In this document: positions 1 through 10,193 of the stretch, one piece after another
Position numbering within the stretch: the first letter of the stretch is position 1
Layout of the letters: each line of letters starts with the position of its first letter
Assembly (NCBI GenBank): GCA_050253415.1
Contig: JBFWJC010000001.1
Coordinates: forward strand, 712,679 to 776,678
DNA from: Pedobacter sp.
GTDB taxonomy: Bacteria; Desulfobacterota; Desulfuromonadia; Desulfuromonadales; Syntrophotaleaceae
Length of the DNA: 64,000 nucleotides
Direction of reading: 5' to 3'
Made by a program: the position numbers and the translations under genes
The notes under the pieces: generated by a model
Databases searched by the model: none
What the model saw: only the letters and a program-made list of their open reading frames with translations
What the model was told of the DNA's origin: nothing

Positions 1-502
1 CCACGCTGCCGGCAAAGTCATGAAAGGGGGCTCCGCCCAAAGAGGTGAAGAGTGATTGCAGCCAGCCGCTGTGTTGTCCCCATATGAGGGATTCAAACAG
101 GGGGTAAGTGAGGCCAACGAAGATGGCACCTGCCAGGACTTGAGGATAGAAGCGGGCTCGCTCGGCAATGCCCCCGGAAATGATGGCGGGGATGCATGCG
201 GCGAAGCAAAGCAGGAAAAAGAAACGTACCAGCTCAAATCCCTGGGTGTCGCCGAGCAGGGCTGCAGCCGGGTGCAGGAAATGGACGCCATAGGCAAGGG
301 GATAGCCTATGAGAAAATAAATGATGGTAGATATGGCCCAGTCGGTGAGGATTTTTGAAAAAGCGTTGACTTGGCTTTTGGTGGTGACGGTGCCGACTTC
401 CAGAAAAGCGAATCCGGCATGCATGGCAAATACCATGACCGCCCCAAGCATAAGAAAAAGCACATTGCTGCCGTTCAGCAGCCCGTTGACTGTTGCATCC
501 AT
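1..502 (-). CDS. amt: Ammonium transporter (Amt family), 5' part; runs off the window edge
   Basis: Not in the ORF track. Hand translation from ATG at 502 (RBS AAGGGAG): MDATVNGLLNGSNVLFLMLGAVMVFAMHAGFAFLEVGTV...AIISGGIAER...FHDFAGSV, which are Amt signature motifs. Confidence 0.93.
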   Translation of the reverse strand, partial: MDATVNGLLNGSNVLFLMLGAVMVFAMHAGFAFLEVGTVTTKSQVNAFSKILTDWAISTIIYFLIGYPLAYGVHFLHPAAALLGDTQGFELVRFFFLLCFAACIPAIISGGIAERARFYPQVLAGAIFVGLTYPLFESLIWGQHSGWLQSLFTSLGGAPFHDFAGSV

Positions 503-569
503 GGTTTAAATCTCCCTTGATTTATAACTGAGTGGCGACGCTGCCACAATCGCAAAGCACCATTATCTG

Positions 570-584
570 GCAACAGTTATGCCA
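570..584 (-). promoter_or_regulatory. Sigma54 (-24/-12) promoter of amt
   Basis: Minus strand reads TGGCATAACTGTTGC = GG-N10-GC, matching TGGCAC-N5-TTGC, ~70 nt upstream of amt. A TGC-N11-GCA NtrC-like site lies at 647-663. Confidence 0.75.
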
Positions 585-822
585 AAAAATAAATATGTTT
601 GAATTCAGTAGCTTATGCAGGTTGCCGAGGTTTTATATGTAAAAATTGCCCAGAAAATATGCATTACTGCCTATAGTGTTGGCAGATTTCTAAAAAAACA
701 CTGTGCGATGGGGTTAAATTGGAGGGGTCTTAGCCTTATTAAGGGTAAATCGGTGTTTTTGGGTGAAAATTTCATGAAAAGCGCAATTTTAGGCTGCATT
801 GCTGAATAAAAATCAGGCAAAC

Positions 823-853
823 AAAAAAGCCGCTTCATTTGGAAGCGGCTTTT
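823..853. terminator. Intrinsic terminator downstream of sdhB/frdB
   Basis: AAAAAAGCCGCTTC-attt-GGAAGCGGCTTTT: stem-loop with A and T tails. Confidence 0.75.
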
Positions 854-900
854 GAAATGTGTCGTGCCTGGCATATGCAGGTTTTAGAAAGGAAGGTGGG

Positions 901-1659
901 TTAATCCTTTTCTTTATAACCCTTGGGCAAAGCCATGACGTACTCGCGATTGAGTTGGGCAATGAATTTCACACTGATGCTCTTCGGACAAGCTGCTTCG
1001 CAGTCGTAATGGTTGCTGCAGTTGCCAAAGCCCTCATCAATCATGGCGTCGGTCATCGTGCAAACCCGTCGAGCGGCTTCGGCTCTGCCCTGGGGAAGCT
1101 TGGCCAATTGACCGACTTTGGCGGCCACAAAGAGCATGGCTGAACCATTGGGACAGGCTGCCACGCAGGCCCCGCAACCGATGCATTCGGCGGCGTCCAT
1201 AGCTGTTTCGGCATCGTCCTTCGGAATCAGGACGGCATTGGCGTCAGGCACCCCGCCGGTGCTGACCGAAACATAGCCGCCGGCCTGAATCAGCCGATCC
1301 ATGGCGCTGCGGTCCACGACAAGATCCCTGAGGACGGGGAACGCCCGCGATCGCCAAGGCTCGATGTAGATTTCATCGCCATCCCTGAACTGGCGCATGT
1401 GTAATTGGCAGACGGTGGTTCTGGCCTGGGGGCCGTGTGGGTCGCCATTGATAACCTGCGAGCAGGTGCCACAGATCCCCTCTCTGCAGTCGTGGTCAAA
1501 AGCGACAGGTTCGATGCCCTGTTTGATAAGTCCTTCGTTGACAACGTCCATCATTTCTAAAAAAGACATGTCCGGGCTGATGTCGGTTGCCTTGTAGGTT
1601 GCCAGTTTGCCTTTATCCTTGGGGCCTTTCTGCCGCCAGACGTGCAGTGTCAGGTCCAT
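901..1659 (-). CDS. sdhB: Succinate dehydrogenase/fumarate reductase iron-sulfur subunit
   Basis: [22 protein letters not shown] and [12 protein letters not shown]e-S motifs; follows the flavoprotein gene. Confidence 0.95.
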   Translation of the reverse strand: MDLTLHVWRQKGPKDKGKLATYKATDISPDMSFLEMMDVVNEGLIKQGIEPVAFDHDCREGICGTCSQVINGDPHGPQARTTVCQLHMRQFRDGDEIYIEPWRSRAFPVLRDLVVDRSAMDRLIQAGGYVSVSTGGVPDANAVLIPKDDAETAMDAAECIGCGACVAACPNGSAMLFVAAKVGQLAKLPQGRAEAARRVCTMTDAMIDEGFGNCSNHYDCEAACPKSISVKFIAQLNREYVMALPKGYKEKD

Positions 1660-3572
1660 TATTTATAACTCCTTACAGCAAGTTCGATATTCTCGAAGCT
1701 CAGCGGTTCTTTGTGCAATTCGGGGGCCTGATCGGCACCCTTATATTGCCAGGCAGCGACATGGGCGAAGTCGGCATCGTTGCGTAGGGCTTCACCGTCT
1801 GGAGTCTGGTGTTCGATACGGAAATGCCCGCCGCATGATTCCTCGCGATTGAGAGCGTCGCGCGCCAGCAACTCGCCGAATTCGAGGAAGTCGGCTATCC
1901 TGCCGGCTTTTTCGAGTTCCTGGTTCAGCTGTTGGGCGCTGCCCGGAATGCGAACGTTCTGCCAGAATTCCTCGCGAAGTTCGGGGATGCGTTTGAGGGC
2001 CTCCGAAAGGCTGGATGCGCTGCGCGCCATTCCGACCTGCTCCCACATAATGTGACCGAGTTCGCGGTGAAACTCGCTGGCGGTCTTGCGGCCGTTGATG
2101 GATAGCAGTCGGTCGGTTTGCTGCGCCACCTGTCCGCGTGATTCCCTGAAGGCTTCGTGGCTGTCGCTAACCATGCCGGGAGTGGTGCGAGCCAGGTAGT
2201 CGGCGATGGTGTAGGGGATGACAAAATATCCGTCGGCCAATCCCTGCATGAGAGCGCTCGCCCCCAAGCGGTTGGCGCCATGGTCGGAAAAATTGGCTTC
2301 GCCGAGTACAAACAGGCCGTCTATGTTGCTCTGCAGGTTGTAGTCGACCCAAAGACCGCCCATGCTATAGTGGGGCGCCGGGTAAATGCGCATCGGTTGC
2401 CGGTAGGCATTTTCGTCGGTGATGCGCTCATACATTTCAAACAGGTTGCCGTACCGGGCACGGATTGCATCCTCGCCAAGGCGTACGATGGAATCACCGA
2501 AGTCAAGATATACGCCGCGTCCTCCGGGACCGATACCGTAACCGGCGTCACATACTTCCTTGGCGGCACGTGAGGCGATATCGCGTGGCGCCAGATTGCC
2601 GAAACTCGGATATTTGCGCTCAAGGTAGTAATCGCGTTCGTTTTCAGGGATATCCTGGGGGAGGCGTGAATCGCCCGCCTTTTTGGGGACCCAGATGCGC
2701 CCGTCGTTGCGCAGCGATTCAGACATCAGGGTCAGTTTGGACTGGTGGTCACCGCTGACAGGAATACACGTTGGATGGATCTGCGTGTAGCAGGGGTTGG
2801 CAAATAAGGCCCCTTTTCTGTGGGCACGCCAGGCAGCGGTTACGCTACAGCCCATGGCATTGGTTGACAGGTTGAAGACGTTGACATAGCCGCCGGTCGC
2901 GAGGATAACCGCATCGGCAGCATGGGAGCGGATTTCCCCTGTGGTCAGGTCGCGAACGGTGATGCCCTTGGCATGACCGTCTACCAGTACCAGATCAAGC
3001 ATTTCGGTGCGGGGGAAAATTTTTACGGACTCTGCAGCGATCTGACGTGACAGGGACTGGTAGGCGCCAAGCAGCAATTGCTGTCCGGTCTGGCCGCGGG
3101 CGAAGAAAGTGCGGGAAACCTGAGCGCCGCCAAAAGAGCGATTTTCAAGATAGCCGGCATAGTCGCGGGCAAAAGGAACGCCCTGGGCCACGCATTGATC
3201 GATGATGGCGTTGCTGATTTGGGCTAGTCGGTAGACGTTGGCTTCGCGGGCACGGAAGTCGCCACCCTTGATGGTGTCGTAGAACAGCCGGTAGATGCTG
3301 TCGCCATCGTTCGGATAGTTTTTTGCCGCGTTGATGCCGCCCTGCGCTGCGATGGAATGGGCGCGGCGAGGGCTATCCTGGTAGCAGAAGGCTTCCACTC
3401 TGTAGCCGAGCTCGCCAAGGGTCGCTGCTGCTGAGGCCCCGGCCAGGCCGGTGCCAACGACGATAATTTTAAATTTGCGTTTATTGGCAGGATTAACCAG
3501 TTTGAGAGCCTGGCGATGATTGTCCCATTTGTCCGCCAGGGGTCCGGTTGGGCATTTGCCGTCGAGTATCAC
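1659..3572 (-). CDS. sdhA: Succinate dehydrogenase/fumarate reductase flavoprotein subunit
   Basis: GTGLAG FAD fold, [14 protein letters not shown] (covalent FAD His), [16 protein letters not shown]. Confidence 0.96.
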   Translation of the reverse strand: MILDGKCPTGPLADKWDNHRQALKLVNPANKRKFKIIVVGTGLAGASAAATLGELGYRVEAFCYQDSPRRAHSIAAQGGINAAKNYPNDGDSIYRLFYDTIKGGDFRAREANVYRLAQISNAIIDQCVAQGVPFARDYAGYLENRSFGGAQVSRTFFARGQTGQQLLLGAYQSLSRQIAAESVKIFPRTEMLDLVLVDGHAKGITVRDLTTGEIRSHAADAVILATGGYVNVFNLSTNAMGCSVTAAWRAHRKGALFANPCYTQIHPTCIPVSGDHQSKLTLMSESLRNDGRIWVPKKAGDSRLPQDIPENERDYYLERKYPSFGNLAPRDIASRAAKEVCDAGYGIGPGGRGVYLDFGDSIVRLGEDAIRARYGNLFEMYERITDENAYRQPMRIYPAPHYSMGGLWVDYNLQSNIDGLFVLGEANFSDHGANRLGASALMQGLADGYFVIPYTIADYLARTTPGMVSDSHEAFRESRGQVAQQTDRLLSINGRKTASEFHRELGHIMWEQVGMARSASSLSEALKRIPELREEFWQNVRIPGSAQQLNQELEKAGRIADFLEFGELLARDALNREESCGGHFRIEHQTPDGEALRNDADFAHVAAWQYKGADQAPELHKEPLSFENIELAVRSYK

Positions 3573-3582
3573 AGTAAACTCC

Positions 3583-4254
3583 CTACTTTATTACAAGGCC
3601 AAAAAAAATCAGTACCGGAATGGATACGAAGCCTGCTGCCAGCATGATCGCGACAGCGCGGCTAAGTCGTCCCAGCCAGGGCAATGTGACTTCATTGTTG
3701 AGGCCCGAAGTCTGAAACAGGCTGGCGAAACCGTGGCTGATATGAAAAAACAGAACAGTCATGGCAACCACGTACGCCAGTGCGTAACCGGCTTGGCTGA
3801 AGCTGTCGACGATCATCCGGAAAACATTGGGCAGGTTACCATCCAGCATTTCGATTTGCGGACCTATGGTACGGAAAGTAAAATGCAAGAGATGGAAGCC
3901 GATGAATGCAGCCAGCAGTAGTCCGCTGTAAATCATGGTGCGGCCTGCAAGGCTGCTGCGCGGGTGTTTTTTCCGTTTATAGGCCACCGGGCGGGCGTTG
4001 CGATTTTCAAGCGTCAGGGTGATGCCGAAAAAAACATGCAGGGCTACGGCGCCGAGCAGGCCAAGGCGAAAGACCCATAATAGCGGCTCAAGTTGGTGCA
4101 AATGTCTTGCGTAGGCATTAATACCGTCGGCGCCGAGGTAGATGGAAAGGTTGCCGAGCAGGTGGGCAACAACAAAGCCAAACAGAATGAAACCTGTGGC
4201 CATCATAAATAGTTTGCGCCCTACGGCACTGCGAATAAGATGTTTCAAAGGCAT
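3583..4254 (-). CDS. sdhC: Succinate dehydrogenase/fumarate reductase cytochrome b subunit
   Basis: About 5 TM helices with heme His ligands (AHLLGN, LHV, FHLLHF, FHISHG); first gene of the CAB operon. Confidence 0.92.
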   Translation of the reverse strand: MPLKHLIRSAVGRKLFMMATGFILFGFVVAHLLGNLSIYLGADGINAYARHLHQLEPLLWVFRLGLLGAVALHVFFGITLTLENRNARPVAYKRKKHPRSSLAGRTMIYSGLLLAAFIGFHLLHFTFRTIGPQIEMLDGNLPNVFRMIVDSFSQAGYALAYVVAMTVLFFHISHGFASLFQTSGLNNEVTLPWLGRLSRAVAIMLAAGFVSIPVLIFFGLVIK

Positions 4255-4594
4255 GGTGCAGATATCCTCTGATAGCGGGTTGAGCTGGAATGAACAGCTA
4301 TAACAAAAGCCCCCCCTCGTATATTTGACGCAGCGTAACCCGGAAAACCATTTTTTGTTGGCAGGGTGGTCGGTATGCCCTTTTCCGGGTACGCAGGAGT
4401 TGCATGTCCGGATTTCTGCCTGCCGGTTGCGAGGATCAAACCCGGAATGCAGGATGGTTTGAGCGCAACAGATTTAAAAACAGTGTCCTGGGTTTTTGGG
4501 GGAGCCGAGACGAAAGACACCAGTCTTGGTTCAAGTGTTCGTGGGATGCAACCAGTCGAAGCACTGGAACTTTTATGCTGATGAGGCAGTCTGT

Positions 4595-4623
4595 ATACTA
4601 ATGGTCTTGGGTTTAAAATGCAA
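4595..4623 (-). promoter_or_regulatory. Putative sigma70 promoter for sdhCAB
   Basis: Minus strand TTGCAT-N17-TAGTAT. Confidence 0.4.
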
Positions 4624-4830
4624 AAAAAATTATTAGGCCTGCTCTCGCCCTGTGTTTAAGTCCATTTTGGGCGACATAAATTTAATTATGAGGACTCTTC
4701 GGCTTATATTGAAAGGATGTGTAATTTTAAAAAATCTGTGCTAGTATGTCCGACTTGAATTAAGAATAACCCGACATAATGAGAAAAAACACACGTCGGG
4801 GAGGGAACGGGTGTTTGTTCCTGTTTTGGG

Positions 4831-5697
4831 GTGACAATCAACGGCTATGGCAACCGGGCCGCTGTTTTCTTGGGGGATTGTGCCGGTATGATGTGGATGG
4901 TCCATGGTGTTGGACGACTTTTTCAAAAATTGGGCGGAGATTTCCTGCTTTATCTGGAACAAGCCGGGCGTATGGGGATCTTTTTGGCGGCCTGCCTGTT
5001 TAGCGTAGTCCGTCCTCCATTCAAGCTCGGTCCAATCATCCGACAGATGCATTTTATTGGTTCACGATCCACTTTCGTTATCCTGTTCACCGGCTCATTC
5101 ACCGGTATGGTACTTGCCTTGCAAGGCTATTATACGCTACGCAAGTTCGGTTCGGAGGGATTACTCGGGGCAGCGGTAGCGCTAAGCCTGCTGCGGGAGC
5201 TCGGACCGGTTATCGCGGCCCTGATGGTGGTTGGTCGCGCCGGTTCGGCTATTTGTGCCGAGGTAGGCATCATGCGTAATTCGGAGCAGATTGACGCTCT
5301 CGAGTGCATGGCCATTGATCCATATAAATATCTCATGGCCCCCAAATTCGTTGCGGGGATTTTGTCCATGCCACTTCTGACGGCTATTTTCGATATGGCC
5401 GGCATTGTCGGCGGATACCTGGTTGGCGTTACCATGCTGGGTGTTAATAAAGGTGCTTATTTCCAACAGATGTATGCCAGTGTGGTCTGGAACGATGTAG
5501 AAATGGGATTGGTCAAATCTCTGGTTTTTGGACTGCTGATTATCTGGATAAGTGCTTGCAAAGGTTATTTTTTGCACCTTGAACGTTCCGGAGGTTTCGG
5601 TGCGGAAGGCGTAAGCCGGGTTACTACCGATGCGGTTGTTTTGTCGTCTGTAGCGATTTTGGTCTGGGATTATTTGTTAAGCGCCATCATGTTGTAA
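4831..5697 (+). CDS. mlaE: MlaE-family ABC permease (true start probably ~4888-4897)
   Basis: RELGPVIAALMVVGRAGSAICAEVGIMRNSEQIDALECMAIDP and GAEGVSRVTT motifs. Confidence 0.92.
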   Translation: MTINGYGNRAAVFLGDCAGMMWMVHGVGRLFQKLGGDFLLYLEQAGRMGIFLAACLFSVVRPPFKLGPIIRQMHFIGSRSTFVILFTGSFTGMVLALQGYYTLRKFGSEGLLGAAVALSLLRELGPVIAALMVVGRAGSAICAEVGIMRNSEQIDALECMAIDPYKYLMAPKFVAGILSMPLLTAIFDMAGIVGGYLVGVTMLGVNKGAYFQQMYASVVWNDVEMGLVKSLVFGLLIIWISACKGYFLHLERSGGFGAEGVSRVTTDAVVLSSVAILVWDYLLSAIML

Positions 5698-5782
5698 TCC
5701 TGCCGGCAGGATTCTTCGTCTAAAAAAGTTGTGCGGCTGTCGGTGGCTGCGCAGAAGACGCCTGAATTGTAGAGGCGATTCC

Positions 5783-6583
5783 ATGACGCAAGAAAACTCT
5801 AAAATTGCCATAGAATTGGTTGACGTCGAGCGTTCCTTCGGCCAACAACAGGTCCTTAAAAAGGTTAACCTGGTGGTACGCGAAGGGACCACGACCGTTA
5901 TAGTGGGGCCCAGTGGGCAGGGGAAAAGTGTTATCCTAAAGCATATGTTGGGTTTACTTAAACCCGATGCGGGCAAAGTTCTCGTGTATGGGCAGGATAT
6001 GGCCAGCATGAGCAAGAGGCAGATGAAGGAGGTCCGCAAGGATTTCGGCGTTCTGTTCCAGAATGTCGCCTTATTTGACTCCATGACCGTATTCGACAAT
6101 GTCGCTTTGCCTCTACGTGAACGTACCGATACCAGCGAGGCCGAGATTCGTGATAATGTCGATGAAAAACTGGCACTTATGGATCTTGCGGATATGGGTG
6201 CCAAGTATCCCGCTCAACTCAGCGGTGGCATGAAAAAACGTGTCGGGTTGGCGCGGGCACTCGTCATGAAGCCCCGTATCGTATTTTTTGACGAGCCCAC
6301 TACCGGCCTGGATGTCAGCAAAAGCAACGAAATTTACAGGCTGTTTCATAAGACTCAGGCAAAACTGAAATATTCGGCTGTTATCGTCAGTCACGACGTG
6401 CCTAAAATTTTCAAACTGGCCGATTACGTAGCCCTCATTCATGAGGGCAAGATTCTCGGCAACATGTCTCCTGAGCAGTTCCAGCTTTCCGAGAATCCTG
6501 TTATTAGGGCCTTTGTCGAAGAGACTATGGGGCCGATCTATTCCAGTGAAAGGGAGGAGCGGTTTTTTTATGAAAAGGTTTAA
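5783..6583 (+). CDS. mlaF: MlaF-family ABC ATP-binding protein
   Basis: Walker A GPSGQGKS, LSGGMKKRVGLARA, DEPTTGLD; ATG at 5783 after GAGG. Confidence 0.92.
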   Translation: MTQENSKIAIELVDVERSFGQQQVLKKVNLVVREGTTTVIVGPSGQGKSVILKHMLGLLKPDAGKVLVYGQDMASMSKRQMKEVRKDFGVLFQNVALFDSMTVFDNVALPLRERTDTSEAEIRDNVDEKLALMDLADMGAKYPAQLSGGMKKRVGLARALVMKPRIVFFDEPTTGLDVSKSNEIYRLFHKTQAKLKYSAVIVSHDVPKIFKLADYVALIHEGKILGNMSPEQFQLSENPVIRAFVEETMGPIYSSEREERFFYEKV

Positions 6584-7016
6584 CGTTGAGATGGCTGTCG
6601 GAGTTTTCCTGGTGGCTGGTTTCATCTGTTTCGCCTATCTTTCCGTGAAACTTGGCGACGTTAATCTGTTTGGAGATAAGACTTATCTCGTCAAGGCCCG
6701 CTTCGGGTCCGTTTCCGGACTCAAGGAAGGCGCTATTGTAGAGTTGGCCGGTGTTAAAATCGGAACGGTATCACGCGTCACTCTCGACCCCGAAAAATAC
6801 GAAGCCGTGGTGGGGATGGATATCGACGCGGCGGTTAAGCTCCAGGAAGACAGCATCGCTTCCATCCGTACCTCTGGTATTATTGGTGATAAATACGTCG
6901 ATGTCTCACCCGGCGGGCTTGAGGATTATATTCCTCCCGGTGGCGAGATTTATGAAACCGAGTCTGCAGTGAACATCGAAAAACTCATCAGCAAATATAT
7001 CTTTGAGAAAAAGTAA
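6570..7016 (+). CDS. mlaD: MlaD MCE-domain protein
   Basis: N-terminal TM helix, FGSVSGLKEGAIVELAGVKIGTV, IRTSGIIGDKY; ATG at 6570 after GGAGGAG. Confidence 0.92.
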   Translation: MKRFNVEMAVGVFLVAGFICFAYLSVKLGDVNLFGDKTYLVKARFGSVSGLKEGAIVELAGVKIGTVSRVTLDPEKYEAVVGMDIDAAVKLQEDSIASIRTSGIIGDKYVDVSPGGLEDYIPPGGEIYETESAVNIEKLISKYIFEKK

Positions 7017-7034
7017 AAACGGAAGGGTGATTTC

Positions 7035-7919
7035 ATGAGACACTTTATGGTGTTTATGCTGTTGGTGATGCTCGCGGGCGGACAGGTTTTTGCTGCCGAT
7101 GAGCTGGGTACCGCAACTGACGCGCCTGCTGTTGACGTCAATCGTGCTGAACAGGACGCCTCCTCTGCTGTTGAAGTCACTGGTTCTGAACAGGACGCCT
7201 CCTCTGCTATCGTTGAACAATCCACAGATTCTGAGGAGACTGATCCGGGTGCGATTACGGTTGAGGATGACTTTACCGGCGACGAGGATTTCAGTAACGG
7301 CGATATCGAGACTCTGGATGTCTTCGATCCCATTGAACCTTTTAATCGGGGTATGTTCTGGTTCAATGACAAACTGTACTTTTATCTGTTCAAGCCGATC
7401 GCGCGCGGTTATCGCGTAGTGCCTGAGCCGGCCCGCGAGTCGGTGTCGAATTTTTTCTCTAACCTGGGAACCCCCGTGCGGTTTGCCAACTCACTTCTGC
7501 AGCTGAAAATTGCGGATGCAGGTACTGAGCTTGGTCGTCTGATTATCAATTCGACGCTGGGTATTGGTGGTTTGTTCGATCCGGCCAAGGCTTGGTTCGA
7601 TCTCGACAGGAAGGAAGAAGATTTCGGACAGACCCTTGGTAACTACGGTGTTGGTTCGGGATTTTATATTGTCTGGCCGATTTTTGGGCCCTCCAATACG
7701 CGTGATACCGTCGGAATGGTTGGTGATTTTTTTCTTGATCCTTTGCACTACATTGAGATAAAGCCGGTAGAACGCGTTGGCTTGACCGCTTTGGATAAAG
7801 AAACGGATCTCTCGCTGGATAAGGATACCTACGAAAGCATTCAGCAGGAAGCCCTTGACCCCTATTTGTTCGTCCGGAATGCTTATGAGCAATACCGTGA
7901 CGGAAAGATCAAGAAATAA
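7035..7919 (+). CDS. mlaA: MlaA/VacJ family protein
   Basis: DPIEPFNRGMFWFND, INSTLGIGGLFD, EDFGQTLG, GPSNTRD, DPYLFVRNAY. Confidence 0.92.
   Translation: MRHFMVFMLLVMLAGGQVFAADELGTATDAPAVDVNRAEQDASSAVEVTGSEQDASSAIVEQSTDSEETDPGAITVEDDFTGDEDFSNGDIETLDVFDPIEPFNRGMFWFNDKLYFYLFKPIARGYRVVPEPARESVSNFFSNLGTPVRFANSLLQLKIADAGTELGRLIINSTLGIGGLFDPAKAWFDLDRKEEDFGQTLGNYGVGSGFYIVWPIFGPSNTRDTVGMVGDFFLDPLHYIEIKPVERVGLTALDKETDLSLDKDTYESIQQEALDPYLFVRNAYEQYRDGKIKK
7147..7208 (+). repeat. In-frame direct repeat in the mlaA acidic linker
   Basis: CTGAACAGGACGCCTCCTCTGCT at 7147 and 7186, 39-nt period (EQDASSA twice). Confidence 0.85.
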
Positions 7920-7932
7920 AAGGAGTGCGGCA

Positions 7933-8571
7933 ATGAAAGTCAGGAATTATCTACTGCTTATCCTGATGGTTGCGGTATTTGGATGGGTGAAGCCGGCAAT
8001 GGCCGTTCCCGGTCCGACGGACCAGCTACGGGTAACTCTCGACAAGATTGTTGAAGTATTGCGCAACAAGGATCTTTCACAGGACGCTATCCTCGACCAG
8101 GTGGAAGTTCTGGTGCGATCCAAATTCGATTTCGATGCCATGTCGCAACGAACCCTTGGGATCAACTGGAAAAATGCCACCCCCAAACAGAGAGTGCGTT
8201 TTATTGAACTGTTTTCGCAGTTGTTGGAAGACACCTATCGTCTGCGGATTCGCAATTATACCTACCAGGATGAACGCGTCGAGTATATTGGTGAAGAAGT
8301 GCGGGGTACGCGGGGGCAAGTTGACACCCTCGTGATAGCCAACAAGGAAATCCCGGTAAGTTACCGCGTGCGTCTTAAAGGTAGTGAGTGGCTGGTTTAC
8401 GACGTGATTGTTGAAGAGGTCAGCCTGATCAGCAACTATCGCAGCAGCTATAACGAAATCATCCGGCAGGAGGGTTTTGACGGGCTTCTCAAGCGCCTTG
8501 AAGAAAAGGTGAAAGAGTTGGAGTCTGCCCAAAATACCAGTACCGTATCTGTGGAAGGGCGGCGCGTGTGA
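7933..8571 (+). CDS. mlaC: MlaC/Ttg2D periplasmic phospholipid-binding protein
   Basis: Signal peptide, FDFDAMSQRTLG, WLVYDVIVEEVSLISNYRS; ATG at 7933 after AGGAG. Confidence 0.9.
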   Translation: MKVRNYLLLILMVAVFGWVKPAMAVPGPTDQLRVTLDKIVEVLRNKDLSQDAILDQVEVLVRSKFDFDAMSQRTLGINWKNATPKQRVRFIELFSQLLEDTYRLRIRNYTYQDERVEYIGEEVRGTRGQVDTLVIANKEIPVSYRVRLKGSEWLVYDVIVEEVSLISNYRSSYNEIIRQEGFDGLLKRLEEKVKELESAQNTSTVSVEGRRV

Positions 8572-9059
8572 CCACCGTGGATGCCGAACGCTCCGCTAGT
8601 GGGACGGAAGGTTCGTTGGCAGAATTGCGGATCTCCCTGGAGCAGTTACATATATTCAGCGATAATGATCTGACCTGCCTTTTGCCTTATTTGAAGGGCC
8701 GCGATGTCAACGCCGGGCAAACGCTATGGCAGGAAGGTCAGCCGGGGCATTATCTGGCCTTAATTTTATCCGGGCATCTGGAAGCGAAAAAAGATACGGA
8801 ATTTCCCGGTAAGCAGGTTGTTGTTGCCGTATTCGGGCCTGGAGCTGTTGTCGGGGAATTGTCTTTTTTGGATAAAAGCCCCCGCGCCGTAAGTGTCGTA
8901 GCGCTTGAAGACGCCAAGCTGGCGGTGATCAGCCATGATGATTTCGACCGACTTGTCACCGATCATCCTGTTTTGGGAATGAAGGTTTACCGCACTATAA
9001 TGCTGGCTTTGGCTACTCGGCTTAAAAAGTCCTATGAGCGTCTGGCTGCTATCTTCTGA
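8568..9059 (+). CDS. Stand-alone cyclic nucleotide-binding domain protein
   Basis: GPGAVVGELSFLDKSPRAVSVVA cNMP signature; GTGA overlap with mlaC; no HTH visible. Confidence 0.85.
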   Translation: MTTVDAERSASGTEGSLAELRISLEQLHIFSDNDLTCLLPYLKGRDVNAGQTLWQEGQPGHYLALILSGHLEAKKDTEFPGKQVVVAVFGPGAVVGELSFLDKSPRAVSVVALEDAKLAVISHDDFDRLVTDHPVLGMKVYRTIMLALATRLKKSYERLAAIF

Positions 9060-9075
9060 TAGTGGGTGGCGTATT

Positions 9076-9118
9076 AAATAAACAGGCCGGTCCTTAAGGG
9101 GGCCGGCCTGTTTTATTT
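9076..9118. terminator. Bidirectional terminator between convergent operons
   Basis: AAATAAACAGGCCGGTCC-ttaagg-GGGCCGGCCTGTTTTATTT. Confidence 0.8.
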
Positions 9119-9203
9119 TGTAGATATGATATACGAAACAAAGGCAAACTGTTTGGCCCGTCGCCCGCAATTTAATAAAGTAATGGGGATGTGTCCTGGA
9201 ATT

Positions 9204-10166
9204 TTATTGGGGATTGTGGAGTTGGAAGTGGATGGGAACTAAAACGGTGTCGGCCTTTGGTGTCCCATTAATACTTGCTGGACGGAATCGCCACTTGGAC
9301 ACGGTCTGGAGAGCTGTGTCATCAAGTATTCCATACCCGGATGATGTTTCAATATGCACCGATAGAACCTTGCCGCTGGCAGATACGTCTACCCGCAGCA
9401 AGACGTCTCCTTCCCACCCTCTGCGGCGTGCGCTGTGTGGGTAAGGCATGGGCGGGTTGTCACCGTAGCCCAAGGGTGTGGCGCGTAACATTCCATTTCC
9501 TGTGCCGGTGCCACCGGTTCCACCACCGGGAATCCCGTTGTTGGCATTGGCCTGTCCGCCAGGTACTCCCCCAGTTTGTTCGCCAGCATGAGATAAAGTT
9601 CCATCCTGTTGCGCGCCTTCGATCATCTCTTCGAGAACACTGGGCGGCTCTTCTGTAGGAAGAGCAGTCTCCTGTGAACTTTTCGCATTATCTGTCAATA
9701 TTGCGCCAGGTGTGGATAACTCTGTGGGTAATGCCTTTGGTCCTGGTATAACCCGGGATTTTGAGGGTTTTTTGATGATTTTTTTGGGGATGGCTGGCGC
9801 CGCCGTTGGGGTTTTTAAGGCTTGTTTCGGAGGTTCGGGCTGGCTGGAAACTGATGGTATGTTTCCTGATTTTTCACCGGGGCTGGTTGAGGCTGCTCCC
9901 GCAGGTCCGCCTGCCGGACGGAGATCGACCACGACGTAGGATGGCTGATCGACCTCCCAGGACGGTGGCAGTGGCCAAAGTGCAAGTGTTGCCACATGAA
10001 TACCCAGGGATAGAATCAACCACAGGGTGAAGGTTTCATGAGGAATAGGCACAGCTGATAGTAGCCTCTTGTTTCGTCGTTCGGGACTCTGAAGGTGACC
10101 CCCCGGCAATTTGGTTTGCCGGGAGGTGGTTAAGTTCAATACGTTATTTGTTTGTTTTACATCCAA
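9204..10166 (-). CDS. tonB: TonB-family energy transducer
   Basis: TM SLGIHVA, Pro/Lys-rich linker, C-terminal YPHSARRRGWEGDVLL...SSGYGILD...WRFRPA domain. Start codon uncertain. Confidence 0.88.
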   Translation of the reverse strand: MDVKQTNNVLNLTTSRQTKLPGGHLQSPERRNKRLLSAVPIPHETFTLWLILSLGIHVATLALWPLPPSWEVDQPSYVVVDLRPAGGPAGAASTSPGEKSGNIPSVSSQPEPPKQALKTPTAAPAIPKKIIKKPSKSRVIPGPKALPTELSTPGAILTDNAKSSQETALPTEEPPSVLEEMIEGAQQDGTLSHAGEQTGGVPGGQANANNGIPGGGTGGTGTGNGMLRATPLGYGDNPPMPYPHSARRRGWEGDVLLRVDVSASGKVLSVHIETSSGYGILDDTALQTVSKWRFRPASINGTPKADTVLVPIHFQLHNPQ

Positions 10167-10193
10167 AATACGAATTAAATCCTGCTGCAGGGG

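Noticed and set aside
56..509. Plus-strand ORFs of 100 and 62 aa
   Set aside because: Antisense to the amt gene.
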